From Octopus sinensis (lineage: Eukaryota), in the NCBI RefSeq assembly GCF_006345805.1, contig NC_043018.1, forward strand, positions 22,692,001 through 22,756,000: a DNA stretch of 64,000 nt, in the 5' to 3' direction. The notes under the pieces were generated by a model. It saw only the letters and a list, made by a program, of their open reading frames with translations. It searched no databases and was not told the DNA's origin. The first letter of the stretch is position 1; each line of letters opens with the position of its first letter. Below are positions 1-11,574 of this stretch, piece by piece. Both the position numbers and the translations under genes were made by a program.

Positions 1-387
1 ATTTCGGCTGATATACCTTCCAGCCTTCATCAGGTGTCTTGGGGAAATTTCGAACCTGGGTTCTCATTATTTGATGTTATCATTATTATTATTGTTATTA
101 TTATTATTTAGGTCACTACCTGGAATCGAACTCAGAATCTTGGGGTTAATAGCCCGCGCTCTTAACCACTACTCCATATGCCCAAAGGCATATGGCATAG
201 TAGTTAAGAGCACGGGCTACTAACCCCAAGACTCCAAGTTCAATTCCAGGTAGTGACCTGAATAATAATAATAATAATTGATGATAATAATAACATCAAA
301 AAATACCTTAGGAATGAGAACCCTGGTTCGAAATTTCCCCAAGACACCTGATGAAGGCTGGAGGGTATATCAGCCGAAACGTTGTGT
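1..387. mobile_element. Head-to-head inverted pair of a tRNA-headed, hammerhead-tailed short retroposon
   Basis: 1-68 is the reverse complement of ~313-380, and 110-182 of ~187-260, centred on GCCCAAAGGC (~180-189). Each arm has an A-box/B-box-like head (minus copy TGGAGTAGTGG...GAGTTCGATTCC), an (AAT)n linker and a hammerhead core. The left arm is cut by the window edge. Confidence 0.75.
344..387 (+). ncRNA. Minimal type I hammerhead ribozyme motif (Penelope-like-element type)
   Basis: ACAC-CTGATGA-A-GGCTG(loop)CAGCC-GAAA-CG-TT-GTGT: stem I ACAC/GTGT, intact core, 5-bp stem II, palindromic ACGT stem III, GUU triplet. A second copy with intact core lies on the minus strand at 1-38. Confidence 0.75.
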
Positions 388-862
388 TAACAACAATCAA
401 GATGAGGATAAATATCCATCAAATGTAAACAATGTATATATAAATAAACACACATGTATATATATGTATAAATATATACATATATATACATGTGTCTGTA
501 TTTGTACCCCACCACCATCATTTGACAACCAATGTTGGTGTGTTTGCATCCCCATAATTTACAGTTTGCCAAAAGAGACCCATAGAATAAGTACAGCCTT
601 ACAAAGAATAAGTCCTGGGGTCAGTTTGTTTGACTAAAGGCAGTGCTCCAGCATGGCCGCAGTCAAATGACTGAAACAAGTAAAAGAATATATGCACACA
701 CACACACATGCAGGTTAGTTTTGTGTGTATATGTGTAAGAGAATAATTGTGGGTATATATTTTCTCAATGAACATATATAAACCTATTTTCTGAACTGTA
801 TGTTTTAAATCCCTATTTTTTTTATCTTTCATCTTTTTTTTTTTTTGTTCTTCTATCTTCAG

Positions 863-1026
863 GAATTCTCTATAAAAGAATTGTCTACTCAGCAGAAGGA
901 ACTGAACTGGTACCAAACCGGGAAGGATGGGCTTCCTTTTTCACTCTAGTCAAAGACGGTTACTTGTTTTTCATCAGCCCCTGCCTTGGTAACACCATTG
1001 ACTATCGATATTACCAGCGACTCTGA
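863..1026 (+). CDS. Terminal coding exon of a cation-dependent mannose-6-phosphate receptor / ATG27-like membrane protein (cytoplasmic tail)
   Basis: A long polypyrimidine tract ends in TTCAG at 858-862. The phase-1 exon reads (G)ILYKRIVYSAEGTELVPNREGWASFFTLVKDGYLFFISPCLGNTIDYRYYQRL*, matching the CD-MPR tail pattern GxLYxRxVxxAxGxExxPxxxxWxxxxxLVxDG. It ends in the YxxPhi motif YQRL. Upstream exons lie outside the window. Confidence 0.75.
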
Positions 1027-1316
1027 ATAACACCAGTCAGTTTCTCCCACCCACAAATATATATGTATATATATATATATATGTTTGTGTGAGTGTGTGT
1101 ATGTATATATACATGCTAATATCAAACAGTCAGAATGAGTGTTCGACACTGCATTGGTGGATGAATATTCATTTGTGGGTTAACAAAGCTAGAGATGGGT
1201 TCATGTGAAGTGGTATTCCCATCCAAAAACTGTGACATACTTGAACAATTGTGAAGACCTCTCTGCATGAAACCATTGGTAGTCTTGCAAACACACAAAT
1301 AAAAGAAAACTATGAA

Positions 1317-1368
<52 letters not shown>

Positions 1369-2049
1369 TATACACACACACACGTGTATTTTGGTATTGT
1401 TCTGTTTGTTATTGTCTGATATGTATCCTTTTATATATTTTTGTTTGTTGTTACTTGCTGTTATTCTTTAACTTGCTTGATATTTCTGTTAATCTATGCA
1501 TATGTCTGTGTGTATAAATATCTGTATGTATATATGTTGTTGACATCAGAAGAATTTATAAACCTTCAAGAGAACACGAAATAATTCAGATTTGGAACAG
1601 TGACAATGGCATGTAAATGTTGGGTTGCAAGGTCAAAGGCCACTATAATCTTTAGCTTTACGTGCTTTGAGACCTACTGTTCCTAAAAAAGAATATATAT
1701 TTATGTATATCTGCAGATGTTTGTATGGAAGGAGTGATGTCTCACTTTCAAAACTCTAGTCTTAGTTCAGCTTTTGTTGCTCTTAGTCTTTCATATAATT
1801 CCAAAAACAAAACTGAACGAATCCCGTACACGTATTTTAAATCTTATATGTCACATTATAGTAGTTTGTGACTAGGAAGTAATGTGGGGGGTAGGGAAAG
1901 GATGGGAATGTGTGCCACGGTGCTGGACCATATCATTGAACATCATGGCACAATGCATTCATTAAAACCATGTATACGTGGCACAAAAAATATTTGATAC
2001 AGCTTGGTTACACAGATCAAATTTACTGTTAGTTTCAGATTGTGTTGTA

Positions 2050-2370
2050 ATATGCCAGCTACAGCTTGTGTTACACTGTGCTAGTTACAGCTTGTGACAT
2101 ACAGTGTTAGTTATAGCTCATGTCACACTGTGCTAGTTACAGCTCACAATACACTGTGCTAATTACAGCTTGCGTCACACTGTGCCAGTTACAGCTTTTT
2201 ACAGTATATTTCATATTAAAATCTCTAAATATTCCAGTATACTCCTTATTAAAGCCTCTTTCACAGTACAGTATTAACTACATTACAGCCTGTCACAGTA
2301 CAATGTAAGCTATTAAAACCTCTGTCACAGTACAGAATAAACTATGAAAGCCTCTGTCACAGTACAAATT
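2050..2370 (+). repeat. Degenerate ~25-bp minisatellite (ACACTGTGCTAGTTACAGCTTGTGTC-like)
   Basis: Repeated ACACTGTGCTAGTTACAGC and TGTCACAGTACA motifs. Confidence 0.55.
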
Positions 2371-2932
2371 ATGCAGTTTAGATTTATTGTAAAATTGTGC
2401 TGATAGAAGTGTGTGTTGATGTAATTAAAGTTTTTGCCTCTGTATAGATTATATTTTGTGTCACACCATACTGCAAGAATACAGGCCATGTCACACCATA
2501 TCACAAGATATGTATATGCGTTTCACACCATACGTCGCAAAACATAGGGCATGTCACCTCACGTATATGACATAAAATATAGTTTGTATTAGAGTCTGCA
2601 CATAATATAGGCTGTGTCACAACACACATTCTAGACCAGTGGTTCCTAAAGTGGGTGGTACCGCCCCACCCCCACCCGGTGGCAGTGGGGGGTGATAATG
2701 GGGTGGACAAAAGGTGGCAATGGATGTAAAGACGATAAGATAATGAGTTAATTAGGGTAAAGTTTTTTTCTGTGAAATGCAGTTGTTTTGAATTTGATGA
2801 AAAAAGCAGCCTTTTTTTTATGGTGGGGAGGGCACTAGGAATGTGGTGTGGGTGCCAAGGGGTGGCAGCCTGAAAATGTTCAGGAATTATTGTTTTAGCC
2901 CAAGTCAGGTAATAATATGTAGTAGATTATGA

Positions 2933-3146
2933 GGTGGCGAGCTGACAGAAACGTTAGCATGCCAGGCGGAATGCTTAGCAGTATTTCGTCTGTCGTTACG
3001 TTGTGAGTTCAAATTCCACCGAGGTCGACTTCACCTTTCACCTTTTCAGGGTCAATAAGTTAAGTACCAGTTGCATACTGGGGTTGATCTAATCGACTGG
3101 CCCCGTCCCCCAAAATTTGGGGCCTTGTGCCTAGAGTAGAAAAGAA
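2933..3146 (+). mobile_element. tRNA-derived SINE, family B (GGCGGCGAGCTGGCAGAA head)
   Basis: Head GGTGGCGAGCTGACAGAAACGTTAGC, B box GAGTTCAAATTCC, body GACTT..CCTTTCA.CCTTT..GGGGTC. Many copies occur in the window. Confidence 0.8.
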
Positions 3147-5348
3147 TTCATAGATTATAAGGTATATAATGCCATCCAGTCATTAACCAGTTATGCTTGT
3201 GTCATTGCGGGACCAAGCAAAAATTTCTTCTTCATTAAAGTGTTGGTGTGATGGATAAAGTTGGGCTCAGCAATGATGATGGGTCCATCTTTCAACAATA
3301 TGTTGTGGACCATCTCCAAAATTTTCACATGGGTAAGATAAAAGACAGGCTGTGACATTCAATCCGTAACCCACGATGCTGTTATTTACCCCCTGCTCCC
3401 ATCCCACCAATAAACTATTACTTCTTATTGGTTAGGTTGTTGTTTTTTTTTGTTATGTTTTCTAATGGAAGGTCACACAAGAAAACAAAAATCTGTTTAT
3501 GGGGTGGGTTTCATGTGGTCACAGGACCTGCTGGCTAAAGCAACCAAGTTATTTTAAATCATGTCTTAATCTTAAAAAATAAAGGTCACATTGGACAATT
3601 TAATCCAAGATATACCTAGAATGAAAAAAGACATATCTAGGACTCCATTATATAACAAGCCCTTTCCTGTTGTTTGTGGAGGTGTGTGGCTTAGAGGTTA
3701 GGGTGTTGGATTCGGGATTGTAAGATTGTGGTTTCAATTCTTGGACCGGGTGACGCATTGTGATCTTGAGCAAAATACTTCATTTCACATTGCTTCAGTC
3801 CACTCAGCTAGAAAAAAATGAGTTAATCTTGCAAGGGACTGGTGTCCCAGGTAGGGAATTTATCCACCAGGAAAATCAGGGAAACTGACCCTTATGAGCT
3901 GAGAAGGGAACTTTACCGTCCTTGTTGTTTAACCCCGGTTAGATCTGATCCAACAGAATTATGATCGAAAGTGTTCCAGTTAAGACCAGCTTGTCTTATA
4001 TCTAGTCATTGTATACCTCAGACTAGCAGATGTATTCCTTTGTGTGTGCCAACCCAAAGGCTGTGGCCACACTGGAGCAATGCCATTTAAAAATAAAAAT
4101 TGACACTCGGAATTAAACCAGAGACCTTTGTATGATCAAAGTTGTTCCAAGTGTGACCATCCTGCCTTTTATTCAACCATAGTATATCTAGGACTACATT
4201 GTCTTAATGTATCCTTCATTTTTAAGACAAACAGTAAGATATGATGTGAGGGTTATTTGGCTGTTATTTCTAGCAGATCTAAAGAATAAGTAGTAAACTC
4301 TACTTGTCTCCTTGCAGAAGTTGATGCAAAGTACCAGTAATTTCCTGAGGTCAAAGTAAAGTCAATTTAATCAACCATTCCTGCCACTCTTTCTTCTAAA
4401 TTATGAGGGAATTCAATACTTTTAGTTGAACATATTTTCCCTTTTCATTTAAAATTTTTTTTTTGTTTTTCATTTATTTTATATTTTGGCCTATTGTCAA
4501 CACCCCTCCCCCCCCTTATTTATTTTATAATTTTTTAAAAATATTTTCCCTTAAAAAACTTTTGCAATTTTTCTTCGTATTTTGTCCCTGCCTTCTAATA
4601 TTTATTTAATTTTATAATTTTTTAAAAAAATATATTTTTGATTTTTATTTATTTTTTTTAACGTCATATATTTGTCTCTTCTTTATTAATAATTTGAAGG
4701 CGGCAAGCTGGTGGAAGCATTAACACACCAGGAAGAATGCTTCATCAGTCTTTATGTTCTAAATTCAAATTCCACCATGGTCAACTTTGTCTGTCGTACT
4801 TTTGGAGTCAATAGAATAAGTACCAGTGATACACTGGGGTCAGCGTAATTGATTTATCCTCTCCACAGAAGTTGCTGGCCTTGTGCCAAAATTTGAAAGC
4901 ATTATTATTATTATTATTATTATTGTTAAAGCAGTGAGCTGACAGAATTGGGCAAAATGCTTAACTGTATTTTGTCCATCCTTACATTCTGAGTTCAAAT
5001 TCTGCCACGGTCAACTTTGCCTTTCATCCTTTCTGGGTCAATAAAATAAATACCAGCTGAACACTGGAGTCAATGTAATCAACTTTTCCCATTCTCCCAA
5101 GATTGCTGGCCTTGTGCTAAAATATGAAACCAATGTTTATTTTTAATTTTACATAATTCTTTATTAACAACACGTTGACAAGCTTTGGGCTACATTAATA
5201 AAGACTATTTTACATGCCAATACTTCTATATACATATTCTATATGGAAAACAACTTGTTTGATTTTATAGTTTTAAAAATATTTTTCGATTTTTTTATTT
5301 TATTTGTATCACTTATTTTTGTTTATCCTTTTTTTAATATTTAATTAA

Positions 5349-5569
5349 CCCTTTTGTTACCGTATTTATTTTGAGATGCTCTGTGTTTCTTTCAATTACT
5401 TTAAATATAACAAAGAATTTAGTAAAATAACTTAGTTATCATTAAGCTGGTGTTAGGAACATAAATTGTGACTAAGGTTTGGTGGAAGATTTTATTTCAA
5501 AACTTATGAAAACAAGACATTTGTACTACAGAGCCAGAGGCGGTTCTAGCCATGTTGGTATCAGAAGGG
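5349..5569. mobile_element. piggyBac-type MITE (TTAA TSD, CCCTT termini)
   Basis: TTAA|CCCTTTTGTTACC...GGTATCAGAAGGG|TTAA. The left end resembles the right end of the piggyBac at 26668-27736. Confidence 0.7.
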
Positions 5570-6078
5570 TTAACAACATATCTCCAAGCTTTGGGCTACA
5601 TTAATAAAGACTATTTTTCATGTCAATGCTCCTATATTTATATTCCAAATGGAAAAAAAGACTTGTTTAATTTTATATTTTTGAAAATATTTTTTGATTT
5701 TTTATTATTTATTTGTATCACGTATTTTTGTTTATCCTTTTTAATATTTATTTAATCTTAATCTTTCATAAGTCTTTAATGAGGATGCCTCTCAAAGCTT
5801 TGAGTTCCATCATTAACCTTTTAAGCACGTAAGCCAATTACATGTCTCAAATATTCTACCTTTTTTTTTTTACATTCATATCAGTGAGATTCGGCCTCTC
5901 ACACCTACCCTACAATGTCATTCTAAAAACAAACAATTGCATCATTGAAACCTTGAAACTAAGAGATAACAGGCAGAGATGTGGCTGTGTGGTAAGAAGT
6001 TTGCTTTCCAGCCACATGGTTCCAGGTTCAATACTACTGTGTGCCACCTTGGGCAAGTTCTTTTTCCCATAGCCCCAG

Positions 6079-6411
6079 ACTGACCAAAGAGTTATGAGTG
6101 GGTTTGGTAAACGGAAACTGAAAGAAGCCCATTATATATATATATGTTTGTGTCCGTGTTTGTTTCCCACCACTGCTTGATAACCAGTGTTGGTTTGTTT
6201 ACATCCATGTAACTTAGCAGTTCATCATCATCGTTTAACGTCCGTTCTCCGATGATGATGATGAACTGCTAAGTTACATGGATGTAAACAAACCAACACT
6301 GGTTGTCAAGCAGTGGTGGGAAACAAACACAGACACAAACATATATATATATATATAATGGGCTTCTTTCAGTTTCCGTTTACCAAACCCACTCATAACT
6401 CTTTGGTCAGT
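6079..6411. repeat. Near-perfect ~155-bp fold-back inverted duplication inside a family A SINE
   Basis: 6079-6233 is the reverse complement of 6250-6411. The loop is a stub of the (CAT)n-tailed retroposon end (CATCATCATCGTTTAACGTCCGTTCTCC). Confidence 0.9.
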
Positions 6412-6648
6412 GAGAATGATAGAATAAGTCCCCAGCTTAAAAGAAGAGGGAAGTATTGATGTCAATTTGCTTTGACTGAGATTCTTCTTCAAGGCAATGC
6501 CCCCAACATGACTAAAGTCTAATGACAGAAAGAAGGAAACGCTGCAAGACAATGCATGGTTTATTCAAGACTTATGGGAATAAATAAGCATTACATTTGC
6601 CAGAGGAATCTGAATGCTAAAGGGTGAATAAAGATTTATTTACATATA

Positions 6649-6812
6649 GCGCAGGAGTGGCTGTGTGGTAAGTAGCTTCCTAACCAACCACATGGTTCTG
6701 GGTTCAGTCCCACTGCGTGGAATCTTGGGCAAGTGTCTTCTGCTATAGCCTCGGGCCGACCAAAGCCTTGTGAGTGGATTTGGTAGATGGAAACTGAAAG
6801 AAGCCTGTCGTA

Positions 6813-6857
<45 letters not shown>

Positions 6858-7052
6858 CTGTGTGTTTGTCCCCCTAGCATTGCTTGACAACCGATGCTGG
6901 TGTGTTTACGTCCCCGTCACTTGGCGGTTCAGCAAAAGAGACCGATTGAGTAAGTACTGGGCTTACAAAGAATAAGTCCCGGGGTCGATTTGCTCGACTA
7001 AAAGCGGTGCTCCAGCATGGCCGCAGTCAAATGACTGAAACAAGTAAAAGAG
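6649..7052 (+). mobile_element. tRNA-derived SINE, family A (GGCGCAGGAGTGGCTGTGTGGTAAG head, internal (TA)n(TG)n, ends ATGACTGAAACAAGTAAAAGAG)
   Basis: Near-identical full copies also at about 9319-9672, 14862-15235, 16271-16680, 30195-30586, 32691-33070, 33432-33828, 34399-34811, 55940-56395 and 56608-57045. Confidence 0.85.
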
Positions 7053-7279
7053 TTTGACTTGAACTGTTTATATTCTAAATGTAAATAAGCATTTAATTTC
7101 ACATATTTTTCCTAAATATTTCCTTCACATAACTTTGTATTTTTTCTCCTCATACTTTCGTTTCCCTCCTCCCAACTCCTCATCTTTCTAAAATCTATTT
7201 AATTATATCACATCTTTCTTTAATCATCATCATCATCATCATCAGACACTTTCCCTTTCTTAAATACTCATTTATTTTG

Positions 7280-7316
<37 letters not shown>

Positions 7317-7780
7317 ATGTGTGTGTGTCTGTGTGTTTGTCCCCCTAGCATTGCTTGACAACCGATGCTGGTGTGTTTACGTCCCCGTCACTTGGCGGTT
7401 CAGCAAAAGAGACCGATTGAGTATGTACTGGGCTTACAAAGAATAAGTCCCGGGGTCGATTTGCTCGACTAAAGGCGGTGCTCCAGCATGGCCGCAGTCA
7501 AATGACTGAAACAAGTAAAAAGAGTTTGACTTGAACAGTTTATATTCTAAATGTAAATAAGCATTTAATTTCACATATTTTTCCTAAATATTTCCTTCAC
7601 ATAACTTTGTATCTTTTCTCCTCATACTTTCGTTTCCCTCCTCCCAACTCCTCATCTTTCTAAAATCTATTTAATTATATCACATCTTTCTTTAATCATC
7701 ATCATCATCATCATCAGACACTTTCCCTTTCTTAAATACTCATTTATTTTGATATATATATATATATATATATATATATC
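6826..7780 (+). repeat. ~480-bp tandem duplication bounded by (TA)n
   Basis: SINE 3' half plus unique flank (GACTTGAAC.GTTTATATTCTAAATG...CTTAAATACTCATTTATTTTG) repeated almost identically. Confidence 0.9.
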
Positions 7781-8070
7781 ATCATCATCATCATCGTTTA
7801 ACGTCCGTTTTCTATGCTGGCATGGATTGGACAGTTTAACTGGGGTCTGGGAAGCCAGGAGGCTGCACCAGGCTCCAGTCTGATCTGGCAGTGTTTCCAC
7901 AGCTGGATGCCCTTCCTAACGCCAACCACTCCGAGAGTGTAGTGGGTGCTTTTTCAACGTCCCACTGCCACAAGGTCAGAGAGGGCTTTTTACATGCCAC
8001 CAGCATGGAAGCCGGTCAAGGTGGCACTGGCATTGGCCACGTTCAGATGGTGCTTTTTACGTGCCACTTG
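7779..8070 (-). mobile_element. (CAT)n-tailed non-LTR retroposon 3' fragment, family C
   Basis: (CAT)nCGTTTAACGTCCG...CTGGATGCCCTTCCTAACGCCAACCACTCC. Other copies at about 15670-15965 (opposite strand), 19215-19677, 29003-29357, 31107-31285 and 40820-41070. Confidence 0.75.
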
Positions 8071-8318
8071 CATAGGGACCACAACTACAATTTCCACTTG
8101 ATTTTATTTTGACTCAGTAGGCCTCCTCAAGCACGGCATGTTGCCCTACGATCCAAGGTACTTTTTGAGTGAGCTGGTTATGCAACACTGGTGTAGGCTA
8201 CAGCTGTGATCACACTTTATTTGCCGGGTCTTCTCAGTCACAGCATACCTCCAGAGGTCTCAGTCTTTCATCATTGCCTTTGTGAGGCCCAACATTCAAA
8301 GATATTATATATAGTGTG

Positions 8319-8615
8319 TGGAGGCGCAATGGCCCAGTTGGTTAGGGCAGCGGACTCGCGGTCGTAGGATCGCGGTTTCGATTCCCAGACCGGGCGTTGT
8401 GAGTGTTTATTGAGCGAAAACACCTAAAAGCTCCACGAGGCTCCGGCAGGGGGTGGTGATCCCTGCTGTACTCTTTCACCACTCTTTCTCCCACTCTTTC
8501 TTCTGTTGGCCTGCTCGCTTAGCCAGCAGGGTGGCGTCATTCGAAGGCTAAAACAATGCAAATGCATTGTGACCTGCGATGTGTAACTACATCAGATGGA
8601 CTGGTCGGTCACGTG
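8319..8615 (+). mobile_element. tRNA-derived SINE, family D (GGAGGCGCAATGGCCCAGTGGTTAGGGCAGCGGACTCGCGG head)
   Basis: A box TGGCCCAGTTGG, B box GGTTTCGATTCC. Related copies at about 27980-28287 (-), 42470-42770 (-), 49765-50150 (+), 57290-57520 (-) and 59875-59990 (+). Confidence 0.8.
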
Positions 8616-10819
8616 ATATATAGTGTACTGTTCCATGGGGGTAAGATCAACAAAAACAGTACTCCATCTGGTGAGAGATAAACATTATTTCATGAACTCA
8701 GTGCATGTTTTTATATGCTGTTATTATTTTCATGTGCATGAAACTAATAACAACACACATACTGCATGTCATCATCATCATCATCATTGTTTAACGTCTG
8801 CTTTCCATGGTGGCATGGGTTGGATGGTTTGACTGAGGTCTGGAGAGCCAGCAGCTGCACCAGGCTCTAATATGATCTGGCTGTTCTGTCGATTAGCAAT
8901 GTTTCTACAGCTGGATGTCCTTCCTAATGCCAACTACTCTGAGAGTATAGTGAATGCTGTTTACATGTCACTGGCACAGGAACCAGTCAGGCGGGCCTGG
9001 CATCGATCACGTTCGGATGGTGCTTTTTACATTGCCACCGGCACAGGAGCTAGTCAGGTGGACCTGGCACCGACCACATCATCATTATCATTTAATGTCT
9101 GTTTTCCATGCTGGCATGGGTTGAACGGTTTAGAACCAGTCAGGCGGGCCTGGCATCGACCACGTTCGGATGGTGCTTTTTATGTGCCACCGACATGGGG
9201 TACCAGTCTCGCAGCACTGGCAGTGACCGATGCATGAATGCCAGTGCCACCTAATTGGCATTCATGTGTGTGTATATACAAATATGTATATATATATATT
9301 TTTTTTTTGGCATATATAGGCGCAGGAGTGGCTGTGTGGTAAGTAGCTTGCTTACCAACCACATAGTTCCAGGTTCAGTCCCACTGTGTGGCACCTTGGG
9401 CAAGTGTCTTTTACTATAGCCTCGGGCCAACCAAAGCCTTGTGAGTGGATTTGATAGACGGAAACTGAAAGAAGCCCGTTGTATATATATATATATGTGC
9501 GTGTGTGTTTGTGTGTCTGTGTTTGTCCTCCTAGCATTGCTTGACAACCGATGCTGGTGTGTTTATGACCCCATCACTTAGCGGTTTGGCAAAAGAGACC
9601 GAGGGTCGAGTTGCTCGATTAAAGGTGGTGCTCCAGCATGGCCGCAGTCAAATGACTGAAACAAGTAAAGAGTATATATTGTTTTGTCTTTTATTTTTTG
9701 TCTTTCACTAGTTTTAGTCATTGGACTGCAGTCATGCTGGGCACTGCCTTGATGGGTGCTAGTCAAACAAAGAAACCCCAGGATTTGTGTTTTTAAAACC
9801 CTGATGCTTATTTTATCAGTTTTTTTCGCTGATCTACTAAGTTATGGGGACATACATACCCCAGCACCAACTTTCAACAGTTGTGGGGGGACAAACACAG
9901 ACACACACACAAACAGACTTTTGTAAGTTTCCGTCTACCAAACTCACTCACAAGGCTTTAATTCAGCCTGGGGCTATAGTAGAAGACCCTTGTCCAAGGT
10001 GGCATGCAATGGGAGTGAACCTAGAACCACGTAGCTGAGAAACAAACTTCTTACCGCGCAGTCTCACTTGCACCTACATATATAATGTACAGCACTCAGT
10101 TTCTCTGCCTACCAAATCCACTCTCAAGGCCTTAGTCAGCCCCAGGCTATGATAGAAGACACTTACTTGCCCAAGGTGCCATGGAGTGGGATTGAACTTA
10201 GAACCATGTCATTGGGAAGTATATTTCTTTTCCATACAGGTTATACCATAGTTGTGTGCTTATAATTGATTCTATTAAAATGTATGTTGAAATTGATTTT
10301 GTTAACTCTAGGTCAGCCCTGATCTAGTAGGCTTATGATCAAAGAAATTCCCTCCATGACCATCCCAGCTTTTCACATACAGTTTATCTGATACATCCTT
10401 CCTTATTAACTGCTAGTCTGCCTTGATCCAGCTGACCCATGATCAGAGATGTTCCAGTCATGACCATCCCATTTTTCATTTAGCTGTTGTGTCCTTCCTT
10501 GCTATTTAACCCCAGGTCAGACCTAACCCTGTGGACCAATGATCAAGCATTCCAAGCATGACCATCTTACCATTTATTCAGTTATAGTGCCTCAAGGCCA
10601 AGTTTAATATGTTTTCTGGGTTTTTTTTTTAATGGTAGAGTGTAATTAAAAACATATTTAGCTCCTATTTCTAGTATATCAAATGAATCTGTAAAGACTC
10701 ATTAGTTCACAATTAGGTATTATTGAATAATCCTTCGGTTTATGCTTTGTTATTTAAGTATATATGATTTTATATAAAATAAAACTTATGTGTGTGTATC
10801 TGTATATATGTCTTTATGT

Positions 10820-10859
<40 letters not shown>

Positions 10860-11270
10860 TTATATATTTATTTTTGCACTATATATGTATAAAATAGCCA
10901 TCCCTGTATCATACTCAATGTATAAATGTATATACAGTGTCAACAGTTAAGTTACTGAGGTATTTGTCCTGACATAACAACTCTTATAGATGTGTTGTGT
11001 AAAAAACAAAAGATTTCCAAGAGAAAAAAAAATAGCAACCAGCAAGAGCACTGGATGTATTTCAACAGTGCATATTCCCAACCAGTTGCATGCTTGGATG
11101 AAAATTTAATCATCTCCAATATAGAAAAAGACGAATAAGATATTCACTGATCTTGCAAAAAACTGTTTGGCTGAATAAAAGTCTGGTATACACATCTGGG
11201 TTAGTATTTAATTAAAACTGACATATATATATATAAGCTTGCCTACACATGCATTCACATACTCACCCCC

Positions 11271-11303
<33 letters not shown>

Positions 11304-11574
11304 ATTCTTCCATACACACATGCATTTGTGCACCTTAGTTCAGCTGGGTCACCATTATTATCTCCCTTTCCCTCAGCCTCTTTCCTCCGCTCATTTCATC
11401 ATGTTAAACCATTAATCCCTACACATTCTCTTTCTCCGTTTTGTTTTCCCTCTCATCCCTTTCTTTCGAAGAGCATAGGTTCGAAACATCAAAGACTTTT
11501 CCATTCTTCCCAAGCATCAAACTAATACACCTGCTTGTTGTTCCCTCATTTCTCACTTGTTTTCTGTACATTTG

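Noticed and set aside
8319-8395. tRNA gene calls for SINE heads (also 187-260, 49765, 59875)
   Set aside because: A and B boxes are present, but the heads run straight into repeat bodies with no T-run terminator and no convincing acceptor stem.
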